Below, piece by piece: positions 50,501-63,514 of a DNA stretch of 64,000 nt. A program made the translations under genes and the position numbers. The notes beneath the pieces were generated by a model. The model was not told where the DNA came from. It saw only the letters and a list, made by a program, of their open reading frames with translations, and ran no database searches. The stretch is from NCBI GenBank assembly GCA_021613535.1, contig CP075496.1, positions 13,578,001 to 13,642,000 on the forward strand, read 5' to 3'. The stretch's first letter is position 1, and each line of letters begins with the position of its first letter. Source of the stretch: Adineta vaga (taxonomy: Eukaryota; Animalia; Rotifera).

Positions 50501-51313
50501 ATATAAAACACTGTCACGAAGTTCTTCTTGATCAAGATCAACAACATATCTTAACATTGTATTAATTGCATGACATGCATGTAAAACATGTGGATTATGT
50601 AGAGCTAAATATTTGTTTTAAAACTGAGATTCATCTTCGATATAACGAAAGATTTGCTTACCTATTTCGCATAGTAATTCTAGACAACATTTGACCATTT
50701 GATCAGATCTTACGATTGGCATTGAATTTGTTGTGCGAGAGACAGTTGTCGTATGACTGGATGAAACAATAGCATCGAGTACATAGACTAATGAGTGAGG
50801 GATACGTTGAGAATAGAGATAAAATAATCGACGAATAAATTTATAGGCTTCTAAACGTTCACGAGCATTTCTCAGATCAATTGTAAGAGATCTTAAAATA
50901 AACAAGATTTGTTAGGAGAGGAAAAAAAGAAATGGAAGAAATAATAAACTAACCGACAAACAAGATAATCCAGACGACATTCAAGAAATTTATCAAAAAT
51001 AGTAGCTCGATGAATTGAATACCGAAGAGCACGTAATGACGCTGCTCGAACACGTTCAACATCACTCAAAAGAAGTATTTGAAGACTAAATATACAAATG
51101 AAAGAGAAGAATTTTTCTTTTCAATGAAAACATCGAGATATACCCATCAATAATAAATTCATCTTCGTTGTCTATTCGAGGTGTTGAAGCGACATAATAT
51201 GTCATATCATTGAGCAATGCACTGAGCGGTTTTTTTGATGGATCATACGGTGAATATGGAGATGATGCAATTAAAATTTGATCACATAAACTTATAAAAC
51301 CGGTCGTCGTCAT
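44501..51313 (-). CDS. RICTOR: Rapamycin-insensitive companion of mTOR (TORC2 subunit), >20 exons
   Basis: VRAASLRALRY, ERLEAYKFIRR, KWNWDLI, RLYSTSLLRIILR...WGMALLVSQLHD, HIYRQL, KEALWALGH, LSVRGTAFYALSLIAQT...GW and C-terminal FDNICLYSEI...RIPAQRFLHDLF. Start codon tentative. Confidence 0.9.
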
Positions 51314-51648
51314 ATTGGACGAGATTCTTCGAAATTCTACACGGGTATCATCATAGGATTCTAGGAATCGTATAAATCATCTGAAATTATTTAGAAAAGA
51401 AAAATGAGAAGTGAAATCAAAAGAAAGCTACGAATGTTTTGTTTTCTTCGTTAAGAAAGTATCACTGGAATAGAAATATCATTAGTTCGATGTATAGCTA
51501 AGTTAATAAGAAAATGTTTTACACAAAAAAAATAAACAAAGAAAAAAATACGAATAGTTTTGAGAATAAAAAAATCGAAATGATTAAACATCTTTCTATG
51601 TTTTCATTATATAAATGTTTTTACATTAAGTACAAGCATTTCATAAAT

Positions 51649-53235
51649 TTAAAGTGATAATAAGAATTTTTCAACATCACGATAATATTCTCGTGGTTTT
51701 TCAATTGAAGCAAAATGTCCACCTGATTCATGATATAACCATAATTTAATATTTGGATATTTACCTCGCGCGATTGTACGCGGTATATAAACTAATTCAT
51801 TACGATAGTTTACAATAGCAACAGGCACGGTAGCAGCTAATGAACCATGGAGTAATTTATCATCATGACCAGAGAAAGCTGCAAAAGTCTGCTCATAATA
51901 AAGACGCATTGATGATGTTATTGTTCCTGTTGTCCAATATAACATAACATTAGAAAGAAGTTGATCAAGTGTAAAGCGATCTAAACCGGAATTGATTGAT
52001 TGATCAACATCATGTTGAGTATTACTCCAACGCGACCATTTTTCTAATATATAAGCAGCTAAAAAGAACATTTTGATAAAAAAAACTAGTTTAATTAACA
52101 AGAAAACTAACCTAAACCAAGTGGTGAATCATTGAGTGCATATCCAATAGTATCAGGCCGGTAGATTGTAAATGGAAATAGCCGCCTTCTTGCCTAATTA
52201 TAGAAGAAAAGAAAAGAAAAGAAATATCAATGATTTTTATTTTTTGTATTTCTATTTTCTTATTTACCAAAGAAATGAGATATAGTTCTTTGCATTAAAA
52301 CGTTCGACTAAAAATTCTTGTTCATCAAAATCAAGTAGAATCGATGGATTAACAAAATGACCAAGTCCTAATTGAATATAATGTTTCCATGTTAATGTTG
52401 GTGGAACTAAAGTGATTAAAAGTCCGCGAACATGACCTGGATATAATTGTGCCATGTGTGTACCAATAATTGATCCCCAATCTCCACCACAAACGACATA
52501 CGAACTATGACCAAGACGTTGCATTAAATTTTGCATTATACGTGCTATTTGTGGTGTACTCATTCCTGCACGAACAGGTGCATCTGAATATCCATAACCA
52601 GGTAAGGATGGAATAATGATATCGTAAGTTCCTGTTGTTGATGAATTGAATTGTCGTGCAACATCAAGATATTCAAGAAATGAACCTGGCCAACCGTGTA
52701 GAAATAAAATAGCTTCTTTCTTTTCATTTGTATGAGGATTTTGTGTAAGGCGAACGAAATGAATATCTAAACCCTATCAGATAGACAAGAAAGATTTTCC
52801 AAGAGAAAATTATAAAGATAAACTTACAGCAATATTTGTTTTGTAATGATCGAATGTATTTAATTCTTGAACAGTTTTTTTCCAATCAAATGTATTGATT
52901 AAATAATCACGAATACTTTCAGCTGTTTGTCGATTAAAACCATAACTTGATTTATTAACATTTCGATTGTCGACCATTATTTGTGGTTCATAAAAACGTG
53001 TTTTACTTACACGATTAATCATATCATCAACTTGTGATCGTTCAAAAGGTATTTTAAATGGTTTAATTGAAAAATCTTCTGCATCACTTGACGATGGTGT
53101 TTCTGAACCGAAATATTTTACATCAACAGAATAACATGGCGAACGTCGAGCTTCAAATAAACTTTTCCATCCATAAATCAAAGCAATTATCAAAGCAATA
53201 ACTGCGATAACACGATTTAATCGTGATAAACCCAT
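51649..53235 (-). CDS. EPHX1: Microsomal epoxide hydrolase (EPHX1/JHEH-like) with one apparent 1-nt frameshift
   Basis: N-terminal membrane anchor, IKPFKI, FDW...LN.F.HYKT.I.GLDIHF, HGWPGSFLE, PSLPGYGYS, GGDWGS, GYALNDSPLGLAAYILEK, GGHFASIEKP. Frame breaks at ~52160. Confidence 0.88.
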
Positions 53236-53404
53236 CTGGAAAAGAAAAAAAGAACATGATTTATCTATTTGGGTTCAATGCATGTTTTGTATTAAATAGC
53301 ATGAAGAAATAAAGTAAAGAAAAAATGAAACGGACAAATAACTAAATGATCTTGATAAACTACACACTGTTCGTATAGATCGACTTTTTTTCTGTTTCTA
53401 AAAC

Positions 53405-54088
53405 TTATTGAAAAACACCAGAAGATGCTTTCATAGCAGCTTCAGCACATTCGACTTCAATTTGAGCTTCCGCTTTTTGTTTGTCATCTTTGGCTGATCC
53501 TAATTTACGTTGGGCTTCAGATAATGCATCTTGTGCTGCCTAAATAAAACAAAATCGAATCTATTTTCAGAGAAAAAAATTCTTTATACCTTAGTATCAA
53601 GATTTTCTACGAGTGTTGCTTCTTCTGCTAATAATTGAACACTTGAATCGGGTTGAACAGCAATTGAACCACTACTTACTAGAAAGAAAAAATCATCAAT
53701 ATGATAATCAAGTTTGTATTTACCGAAATATCGTTTGGTATTTCCTTCATTTTCATAGACTGAGACTACACCTGGTTTCAAAACACCAAGAATTGGTACG
53801 TGATGAGCTAAATAATAATCTTTAATTAACACTTTCTTTTAAACTCAAATCCTACATACCAAGAATACCCATATTACCACTCATGGTAGGTACATCAACT
53901 TGTCGGACGTTCTTTACTTGATTATAGAAGACTTCAGATGGTGAAGCAAATGTAAAAACCATATCCGTTGCTGATCCTGAAACGGGTGCTGGGGCACTTG
54001 ATGTAGCTTGTGTACGTACTGACACTAGTCGAAACATATGAGTACGATTTGCAGTGCGCATAAGTAAACGAGCAGCAGCCATAGCCAT
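53405..54088 (-). CDS. ATP5F1D: Mitochondrial ATP synthase F1 subunit delta, 4 exons
   Basis: Arg-rich presequence, FTFASPSEVFY, VRQVDVPTMSGNMGILAHHVPILGVLKPGVVSV, YFVSSGSIAVQPDSSVQLLAEEA, KAEAQIEVECAEA. Confidence 0.95.
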
Positions 54089-54289
54089 CTATAATGAAAT
54101 AAAGAAAATAGTCTAAATCCTCGAATCACGCTTAGGTTAAACAAAAAAAATGAAAGAATACGTTCTTAGTTGGTAGTTTTTCTTATACAAAAAAAGACGA
54201 AGAAAAGTTGGACAATATCGGAGAAAGGAACAAACTGTTGGATAGAAACCTAAGACTAAAATTTTCGTTCAATGTTTCTAATATAATAA

Positions 54290-54686
54290 TTATTTCAAGT
54301 ATTTGAATATATGTGGTGACCACTAAAATAGAAAAAAGAAAATAACAACAAATAATAGATAAGAATCGTTTTATCTTAATCAGCTTACACATTCATCAAC
54401 ACAATGAAGAAAATCTAATAATTCTTCATTACAAGTTTCCTTCGTCCATGGTTTACTATTCACTCTGTCGTTACATTGTTGTAAACGTGTTTTATAATGT
54501 TCACATGCCTGATCATTACCACATAATTCCTTTAATTTTGTCAATGGATCCTGAAAGAAAAAAACAAGAAAAAGACTTTTGTTTGTTTTTCTTGTCATTT
54601 TATTTACATACCGTATCACCAAGTCCTTTCATTTCTTTTTCAATTTGACTATCATTAAAATGATGTTTATGTCCACCAACACCCAT
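54290..54686 (-). CDS. UQCRH: Cytochrome bc1 complex hinge subunit (QCR6), 3 exons
   Basis: DPLTKLKELC...C..YKTRLQQCNDRVNSK...ETCNEELLDFLHCVDEC...IFKYLK*. Confidence 0.92.
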
Positions 54687-55697
54687 GATTAGTGATGAAA
54701 AACCTTATTTTTTTCTTCTTAATCTTAAGATGAAGAGAAATAGAAATTGTAGCAAAAACAAAAACCTCTTTGTAAATCAACCATTAGAAAATTTTGTTGA
54801 CGTCGAAAGCCTCTAAAATCCATACCAATCAATCGATTTCTAAAGATGTCGCTTTCGTAATAAATACGAATAAAATTTTCCAAGAAATTTCGATGACAAA
54901 ATTCAATTCGATGATGATTTATTTCATTAGACAATACGAAAGTAATGATACTTTCATTTTATTAATTGATCTTGTGGATATAAACGACGTCATACATATT
55001 TATGAGCAGTAGTGAGATCATATTGTATTCACAGAATATATACGTCAATGAATGAACTCGATTCTTATTAACGTAATACAAATTCATTAAGAAAATGATC
55101 TCTGTTTATCTATGTTGGAAGATAGAAATCTATTTTCGAAAGTAAAGAATAGATTGTCTGGGTCATATGCTTGCAAAGATTTGGGGCAGATAACATATTT
55201 GACGATCAAATTATTTTTCTTCCTTTTCCGATGCTTTTTCTCAGTCGTCGGCGAAGGTAAGAAAAAAAAGAAAGAAAGAACTAAATGTGCATTAGGCATG
55301 ATATTTCCATTGCCCATCTGTATGTTTAAAAGAAAAAGACATTTGTAGAATGGAAAATGTATATGAGAGACGTTAATATTATTAAAAAGCAACGTCGTTA
55401 CAGAACGATCGCCTACGTGAGCAAAGTAACTATAATGGAATAATAGTGATGCAGAAAAAAAAGTAGAAAGTCATTTTATCTGCGTCATCGCTATTCTTTT
55501 CCTTTTTTTCTAGAATTTATATATTACTTGTAGATTTTCTGTATATACATCAGTTCATAATTACGTCGACTTAACAAAAATAACTTTTCTTTTATTTCAA
55601 GTCCTATTCTGTAAGTAACGATCAATCGATAGTATGAGAATAATCTTTTCAAGATGTGAATCACAAAAACTTCTTTGATTCACTTTTAGTTTAAAAC

Positions 55698-57877
55698 ATG
55701 AGCCAATATCCGAATATGTATAATTCATCAGCATCAGGACAAGATTCCTATCCAGCATATCCAGCTCAACAACCTGTCAGTTACAATCAATATCCATCTC
55801 AACAAGCAGGTCCTCTCATACAATATCCAGTTCAATCCAATGGATACACTTCATATCCACCTCCACTTGGTATTTATTCAGTTTCTTGCTCGTTTAAAAT
55901 GTTGTTTTTCTCTCTAACGACGTCATAACTTATGTTAATATCCGCAAATATGTCGAATATTGATCGAACGATAATATAATAATTTCATATTATCTGTCTT
56001 TTATTTTTAGTTGCCAAACAAACGCCTCCATATGTTGATCCAAATATCGCAGCTGGTTTTGAACAAAATCAAGTATCCCTTCAATCTTCTCTTGCTCCTC
56101 CTCCTCCTCCTGTAGTACCACGCGACCAATTTCCTAAAAGTAAGTTCTTGATTTCGAAACATCTATTTTACCAAATAATTCGAGAAAAAAAACGATCTCT
56201 CATTATCTTTTATTGACTACATTTACATACGTAAAACTAATTTACTGGACATTTTCAAATTTAAGCTCTTGAAAGTTTACAGGAAATGAATAAACAAATA
56301 TTTTCATTGAAAGAACATGATATTTCTATTTGTTCTTTAAAGTATAAAACTAATTATTGTAAGTTCATGATTGCGAAAAATCTCGCATTGAAAATGTTCT
56401 ATCAGAAGAATTGAGTTCTTTCTGGGCTTTATTTTTTCCCGACAAAACTAACAATCGAGTCCTCGAACACATTTGACTAATGTATTCTTTGTTCCATTTG
56501 AAAGATTTTCGTGATGTTTATAACTATAACTGATAGAAAAAAATGTTCTATTTCGATTGATTAGATGAAGAAGAAGTCGCTGCATGGGGAAATTTCAATG
56601 GATTTGGTAATAAAGAAATTCGTCGTGCATTTGTTCGAAAGGTTTGATTTATGACAAATGCAATTTTCTATTCATACAAAATTTTCATAGGTCTATGCCA
56701 TTCTTATGATTCAATTATTGGTTACATTTGGTATTATTGCTATATTTCATTTTACGTACGTTTTATTAAAAAAATTCATTGATACATATGCAGAGATTAT
56801 CTTTTAATTGAGAAAGAAACGTTTGAATATCGCCGAAAATCTGTCCGTTGAGTTTGAGAAGGTGATATAAATAGAATAATGATTTTATTGTTTCTGGTTA
56901 CTTGAACATGTCTAATTATTTGTTCTCTTTTTGTATTTGATAAATTATCAAAGGAAAGTTTATCTTTGATTTCAAACGAGATGTTATTCTTATCTTGATA
57001 CACCTGGATTAACGATTTTAATAGAAGTTCTGTTCTTGTTGTTTTTAGACCGGAAATTCGTCGTTATGTTCGATCACCTGGTGGTCAATGGGCTTATTGG
57101 TCATCGTATGGTGTATTCGTGGTTACTTATTTGGCTTTAGCTTGTTGTAAAAGTGTAGGACGTCGATTTCCAGTTAATCTTATTCTACTGAGTCTTCTCG
57201 TAAGAATTCTTTCAAACAATTTTCTTTAATATTTCTTTGTTTTTTTTTCTCTTTCAGACATTATCAATGGCCTATATGGTATAAATGATAGGAGTTTGTT
57301 TGATATAACTTAAGTCTTTGCTTTTGATTTAGATGGGTATGATATCAGCATATTATGATATACAATCAGTTTTTATTGCTGTGGGTATAACAAGTTTTGT
57401 CTGTTTGGGTGTAACATTGTTTTCCTTTCAAACAAAATTTGATTTTACGTCTTGTTTTGGAGTTTTATTTGCTATTTCATTAGCATTAATGGGTTTTGGT
57501 ATTGCTTGTATTTTTACCTATTCACAGGTTTGTAAGGAAAAATTGAAAATTAAGAAAATTTTATTGGGAATTTTTAGGTTTTATATACAATCTATGCTGG
57601 ACTTGGTGCGGTGGCATTTTCAATTGTAAGTCAAGACAAATCTAGTTTTGAATATCTATACAAATTCTTGTTTTTCTTTTAGTTTTTGGCTGTTGATACT
57701 CAATTAATCATAGGTATGTTAGTAATTTATGAAACATAATGAATTCCAATATGAATTTTAGGTGGAAAACGACATGAAATCAGTGCAGAAGATCATGTAT
57801 TTGCATCGATTATGCTTTATCTCGATGTTGTTTATATCTTCATGTATATTCTTATGTTAGTGGGCAAACGTGAATAA
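55698..57877 (+). CDS. Protein lifeguard (TMBIM1/FAIM2/GRINA, BI-1 family), multi-exon
   Basis: P/Y/Q-rich N-terminus, IRRAFVRKVYAILMIQLLVTF, LACC...RRFPVNLILL, FSFQTKFDFT, FLAVDTQLIIGGKRHEISAEDHVFASIMLYLDVVYIF. Confidence 0.92.
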
Positions 57878-58775
57878 GATTAACGGAATTCGAATGACAT
57901 GAAGAAAGGCAAATCATTTATTTTTATTTGTGAAAAAAAAATCAGTTCAATTCGTTATTGTCAATGTTCTGTTGTGATGAATTTATTTATTTATTTATCT
58001 CTTTAAGATTCTCATTTATTTTTCTGTCGTTTTATATGAAAAGAAATCTCGTTTTTTTTGTATATAATTTCAAACAGATGAACAAATTCTACCCTGTTTA
58101 TTTATCTCTTCTTTCTTTTTAAATCTAATTTTGCTTTACAATTACAAACAAATCGATCGATGTTTTGTTTTTTTTTAATTTTTCGTTCATAGAAGAAGAA
58201 AATGAACAAATAAATGAAGAAAAACTCATCTAGTTTTCAAACAGAATTGACCCACGCCGACGAGACTTTATGATTTCTGTCGTTAATTAAGAGATATGTC
58301 ATGCAATTAAAATCCATCTAAGTTATGAAAAGCCTTTGAAGAAACTAAAGGTTATTCTATGACTTAAACGCAATACAATGTGACTGTAACTTTTACAACT
58401 AACAACGAATGATATTTATAAAGAAATTAAACAATCGATTTGATGAAAAGAAAAACTTGTCCTGGATAGTTTATCATATCTCATTAAGATTTGAAAGATT
58501 AATGATCAGTTAACTGCACATCAGGCCGATGTCACGTCCTTTTGAAATGACTTTGATAGAAAGCATATCTTCTTTTTTTTCCCCGACACTCTCTTTGTTC
58601 ATGTGTCGAATACTGTCTGTCTGTTATTTTTATCATAAAAAAAAGAAAAGAAAAGAAAAAACAAATTACATAAAGTAAAGAATGTATTATAAAGAGCACG
58701 TATATTAATGTTTATAACAAACAATAAAATGAACAAGATTAAAAAGAAAGAGAAAAAGAAGAAAAGCATAGATCT

Positions 58776-61700
58776 CTAGTCTCGAGGCATATTTGATGGA
58801 ATAACAAAGCCAGGATTTGAATATTCACGATATTTTGTATGTCCTGTGATACCTGTCGTTGGATAAGGCGCTTGATCAAACATATAAACAGGTTCTTCTT
58901 TTCTAAAATAGAACAAGAAAATTTCATAGAATTTTAAATGAATCATAATTTTATTAACCCAGAGCAACCCAATAATTTATTTTAGTTTTCTTTTTTGCTT
59001 AACCAAAAAGTTCTATTCCTTCGATATAAACAAAAAAGAGTACATAGATGGGTTAGTTGATGATAATACCTCTAGAGACTGGTTTTTAAAATCCTAATTT
59101 CGGATTTTTCTTCTCTATGAAAATATATGGATAATGAATAAAATCAAATTAAAGAAGAATCGTTTCGAAATAACAAATCAATCTTACCGTCGATGTGAAG
59201 AATTTCGACAACAAATAAAGCCAATTAACATTACAATAACAACAAGTAGAAGTAAACCAATCGGTATAATCCATGCAAGCTAAATTCGAAATAATATTTA
59301 TGAATTTTTACGATACAAATGAAAAACGAAATCATACATTAATCAATGAAAATGTTGAACTTTGTAAAGGTCCGATATCAACTAAATTAAATCAATATAA
59401 TATTGTTATTTTAATATCGAAATTTCTATACCTCGAGCTTCACATCGATTTCCAACAAATCCATTCAAACAATTACATAGAAATCCACCAACACCATTTG
59501 GTACACAACTTCCGGCATTTAAACATGGATTATCTTTACAAACATCAACTGTTCGCGTCACTTGCTCGATTGTAGCTGTTATCATCACTTGCATTGTAGT
59601 TGTCGTTATCGTCGTTGTTGCTGTAATTATATCTTCACAACGCGCTCCAGTGAAATCTCTTGTACAAACACAAACAAAACCACCAGCAGCTGTTTCAGAA
59701 CATGTGCCATCATTAAAACAAGGTAAAAGTGCACATGGACTAGCAATTGTAGTGATTTGTAATGCTAAATAGAGAAACAAAGAAGAAATCGAATGAACAT
59801 TTCTTCATTTAATTTAGTTTTTTTTTGTTAAGAAACCTCGTTCACAACTCGATCCCAAATAGTTAGACGTGCATAAACATTCAAAATAACCAAACTGTGC
59901 ATTTCTTTCACATGTCCCATTATGAAGACACCGTTGTGGTGGACATGGTAATGCAATTTCACAACGTGGACCTGTATATGCTTCTGTACAAGCACATTTA
60001 TATGATGGAGAAGAAGAAGATGAGAGCAGAGCAGGCGATGACGTGCATGTTCCATGATGAAAACAAGTTGTTTTACTGCTTAAACAAGGATCAAGCCAAT
60101 ATTCTATACATACACAAAGCATCAACAAATCATGCAGAATATAAAAAAAGCTATGTTTTTTGTTTGTCTCTTTCTTTTCTATTCTAACCTTCATGACAAG
60201 TCGGTCCTGTTCGATCAGGTGGACATGCACAATAACTTCCTGATTCCATTGGAATACACGTTGCCGATGGATGACATTTTTGATCTGTTGAACATGTATC
60301 AACTAAAGTACAACGTGTACCAGTGTATGGTTCCAAACAACGACAATATGAGTTATTATCTATTGTATTATAACATATTCCTCGACCATTACAAATTGAA
60401 CCTGGACAATATTTTGATACATTACAATAAGGTTCTAATAATTGATTATCATTACATAAACAAACAAAACCATCTTGTACACTTAAACAAACCGATTCAG
60501 GATGCGGACATGGATTGGAATAACATGGTCCTATTGTTATATCACAACTTCTACCCATATAACCTGGTGGACAACGACATTCCATTTGTCCATTATGATT
60601 AACATAACATGATCCACCATTTAAACAAAATCCTGTATAACATTGATTTGAACGATCACGTGATTGAACTTGACAATTTTTTCCAGCAAAACCAGCTCGA
60701 CAATGACACATATAATCATTTGTGCCATTGCGTTGTTCACATCGACCTTGATTGAGACATGGTGATTGTAAACATGAATTAATTAATTCACATTGACCTG
60801 TTAATTGTAATTTTTCTTTATCAATTGTCCATGTATAACCTTCCATGCAAGCACAACGACGTTCAGGAAAACAAATTAATCCAAGTGATTCATCACAATC
60901 AGTTGCACGAACACATGCACTATGAAATGAACCATAACGATTTATTGTTGGAACAATATCTACAACAACAACAACGGAAAACATTTCAATTAGTTCGTAG
61001 ATTTCAATTTACCTTGACAATTTCTTCCCGTATGAACTTGATCACATACACATTTATATGCATAATCATTAATACGATAACATGTACTATTTCTTCAAAA
61101 GAAAACGACTTTTTTTTCTTTTCTTAAAATAAAGAGAGAGAAAATATGTCATACCCTATACATGGTTGAATTTGGCATGGATCATAATGTTCACATTGAC
61201 TTCCAATACGATTTGGTGGACATTTACATACAAATCTTGTTCCATTTCTGATACAAGTTCCACCCATATAGCATGGTTGTGATGCACATGGTGAAATATG
61301 TTCACAAAGATCACCATAAAAACGTGAATCATCACATTGGCATAATGCTGTTGAATTATCTTCTTGAATAATACAACGACCACCGTGTTGACATGGACAC
61401 ATCAATTCACATTGTTCACCATATTGATTTGGAGGACATTTACATGTTAATGTTGTTATTTTCGACGCATTACATGTCGCTTTTGGTGATGGACATGTGT
61501 CCGAACGACATTGACATGCAAATGAACCATTTTCAGGAAATGAAATACAACTACCACGTGGACAAACATCCTTTGACTGACATGGATCAACTAAAATAAA
61601 AGATACATCGAAGAAAATCTTCAATGAAAAGAAAAACAATCTTCATCGGTATTTACCATGTTCACAATTGATTCCAATCCGACCTGATGGACATAAACAT

Positions 61701-63070
61701 TGATAAGAACTATTCGTTATCGATGACAATGAATGTTCACGACATGTTCCACCAAAATGACATGGATTACTTTGACAAGCAGATGATGTCTTTGATAAAC
61801 TCATATCAGTTGCACTATCTGTATGAATGAGAAAACAAAAGATTCTTTCGATTTGAATTCTACTTTTCAAACATACTGATATTTTTTTGTTTAGTATGAT
61901 TGACAGCATAGACTGAATTACAAAGATTTCCACCACATGTTTCATTCAATTGTCCAGTACATGTCCATGAACAACAATTAGCAATATCTTCATCTTCTCT
62001 TTTCGATATCTTTTTCATTGGCAATGAATTTCCACAGTAACACTCTGATCTAAACACATCAATCAAGATTAAAAGTATCCCTCCGTCCATTTCGTACCTA
62101 AATTGTAATCCTGCAAAACTAAAATCATGTTCTGCACAATAATTTGTACATAGTACAATGGTCATCGATGATGATGTCAATGGTTTTTCAAGGCCATTCA
62201 ACAAACGTTGATAACGATTATCTTTAAAACATCCTATATAACGTGCATTGGAATCTTTGGAATGAACAATCAATATTCCTAGAACAAAATCATATTTTCG
62301 ATTCAATTGATTCTAATCAAGAACACGCTTTCGGGTGTTAGTATCAACTCGATTCACATATAAATTACATCATCTATCTTTGTCCCTTATTCTATAATTC
62401 ATAAGTAAAGTTCATTGAAGTTACACTACTCTTCTTTATGCAAGTGTCGGATTCTCTTTTCTTTTTAGTTCAGTTTTTTTTCTTCTTCATACACATTTTT
62501 ATATGCGGATCATGACAACGAAGAAACATGTACAATTGTATGTATGTGATTCAGTAAACGTCATCCTCTTTCTTCTTGGTCCCTGCTCATGCAAAGGTTA
62601 GCTGCACTGACTAAAATAACGTGCGTGTTAAGCAAGTACAAACAAAACATGTAGAACAAAAAAGAAAAATGACGAAAATGAAATTTTAATACGTCGCGAC
62701 CACGCCTTCTCATGTATGTGATTTTCCAACAGTTAATTATCTCTTCATTTTGATATTAATTCAAGTAGAACAGAAGAAAGAGAAAATAAACAAAAAATAT
62801 TGATCCATAGATTGTCACACTTCCGTTCTCATTTATTTGCCTGTTCATTACCATCAAAAAGTTCGAAAGAAGCCACAAAAAAGGATTAGGAACAAATAGA
62901 CATCTCAGTTTTGTTTTTTCCTCAATTTAGTCCTTATGATCAATCAAGATCAAACGATATTTATTCAACTAAATTACCGAACATCGAAATCTAAGCGAAC
63001 TCAAAACAATCTTTTTTGTAGAAAACTTACCTTCGAGTAGAAGAAGTAATGCAAGTACAACTTTGAGCAT
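58776..63070 (-). CDS. Type I membrane protein: signal peptide, WSC domain, about 15 EGF-like repeats, Thr-rich stalk, TM and short tail
   Basis: Exon 1 MLKVVLALLLLE. WSC motif YIGCFKD...MTIVLCTNYC...FAGLQF.SECYCGN...C.G...ETCGG. Many CxSxPCxNxGxC...CxCxxGFxGxxCE repeats. TM LAWIIPIGLLLLVVIVMLIGFICC. Tail ends YSNPGFVIPSNMPRD*. Confidence 0.85.
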
Positions 63071-63514
63071 ATTGATAGAGGGTCGAGAAGTATTGTTTCA
63101 ATATTCGAATAAGTTCGATGGTATTAGTGATTTTTGTTCTATATGAAAATCATATACCTACTTCTGATTCTCATCGAAAAGAGGAAGGACATATTGTGAC
63201 AGTAGTCATCTTCTTTTATGCTTTTACTTTTATCATCTTTTCTCTTTTCTCTCTTTCTTCTCTCTTCTCTCTATGATGATCGAATAGATAGATTATTAGT
63301 GTTCCTCCCGCCTTCGTTCACTAAGCCAAATGACAACGAGCAATTCTCTCTCTCTCTCCCTCTATCAATGGCTGTGATAAAAGGTGAACGAAATATGTAC
63401 GTGCTTCGTCAATAATAATCCCTTCCTCTGATTCACAAAAAATCATTAGTTCGATTTATCATAAAGGCAAAATACGAATCACATTAAAAAACTGTGTTTT
63501 ATTTAAAAATAAAA

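Noticed and set aside
59044-59071. Possible extra exon in the cytoplasmic tail of the EGF receptor
   Set aside because: The in-frame reading stops at once (RGIIIN*), while direct splicing to ~58902 gives a coherent tail. No support without RNA data.
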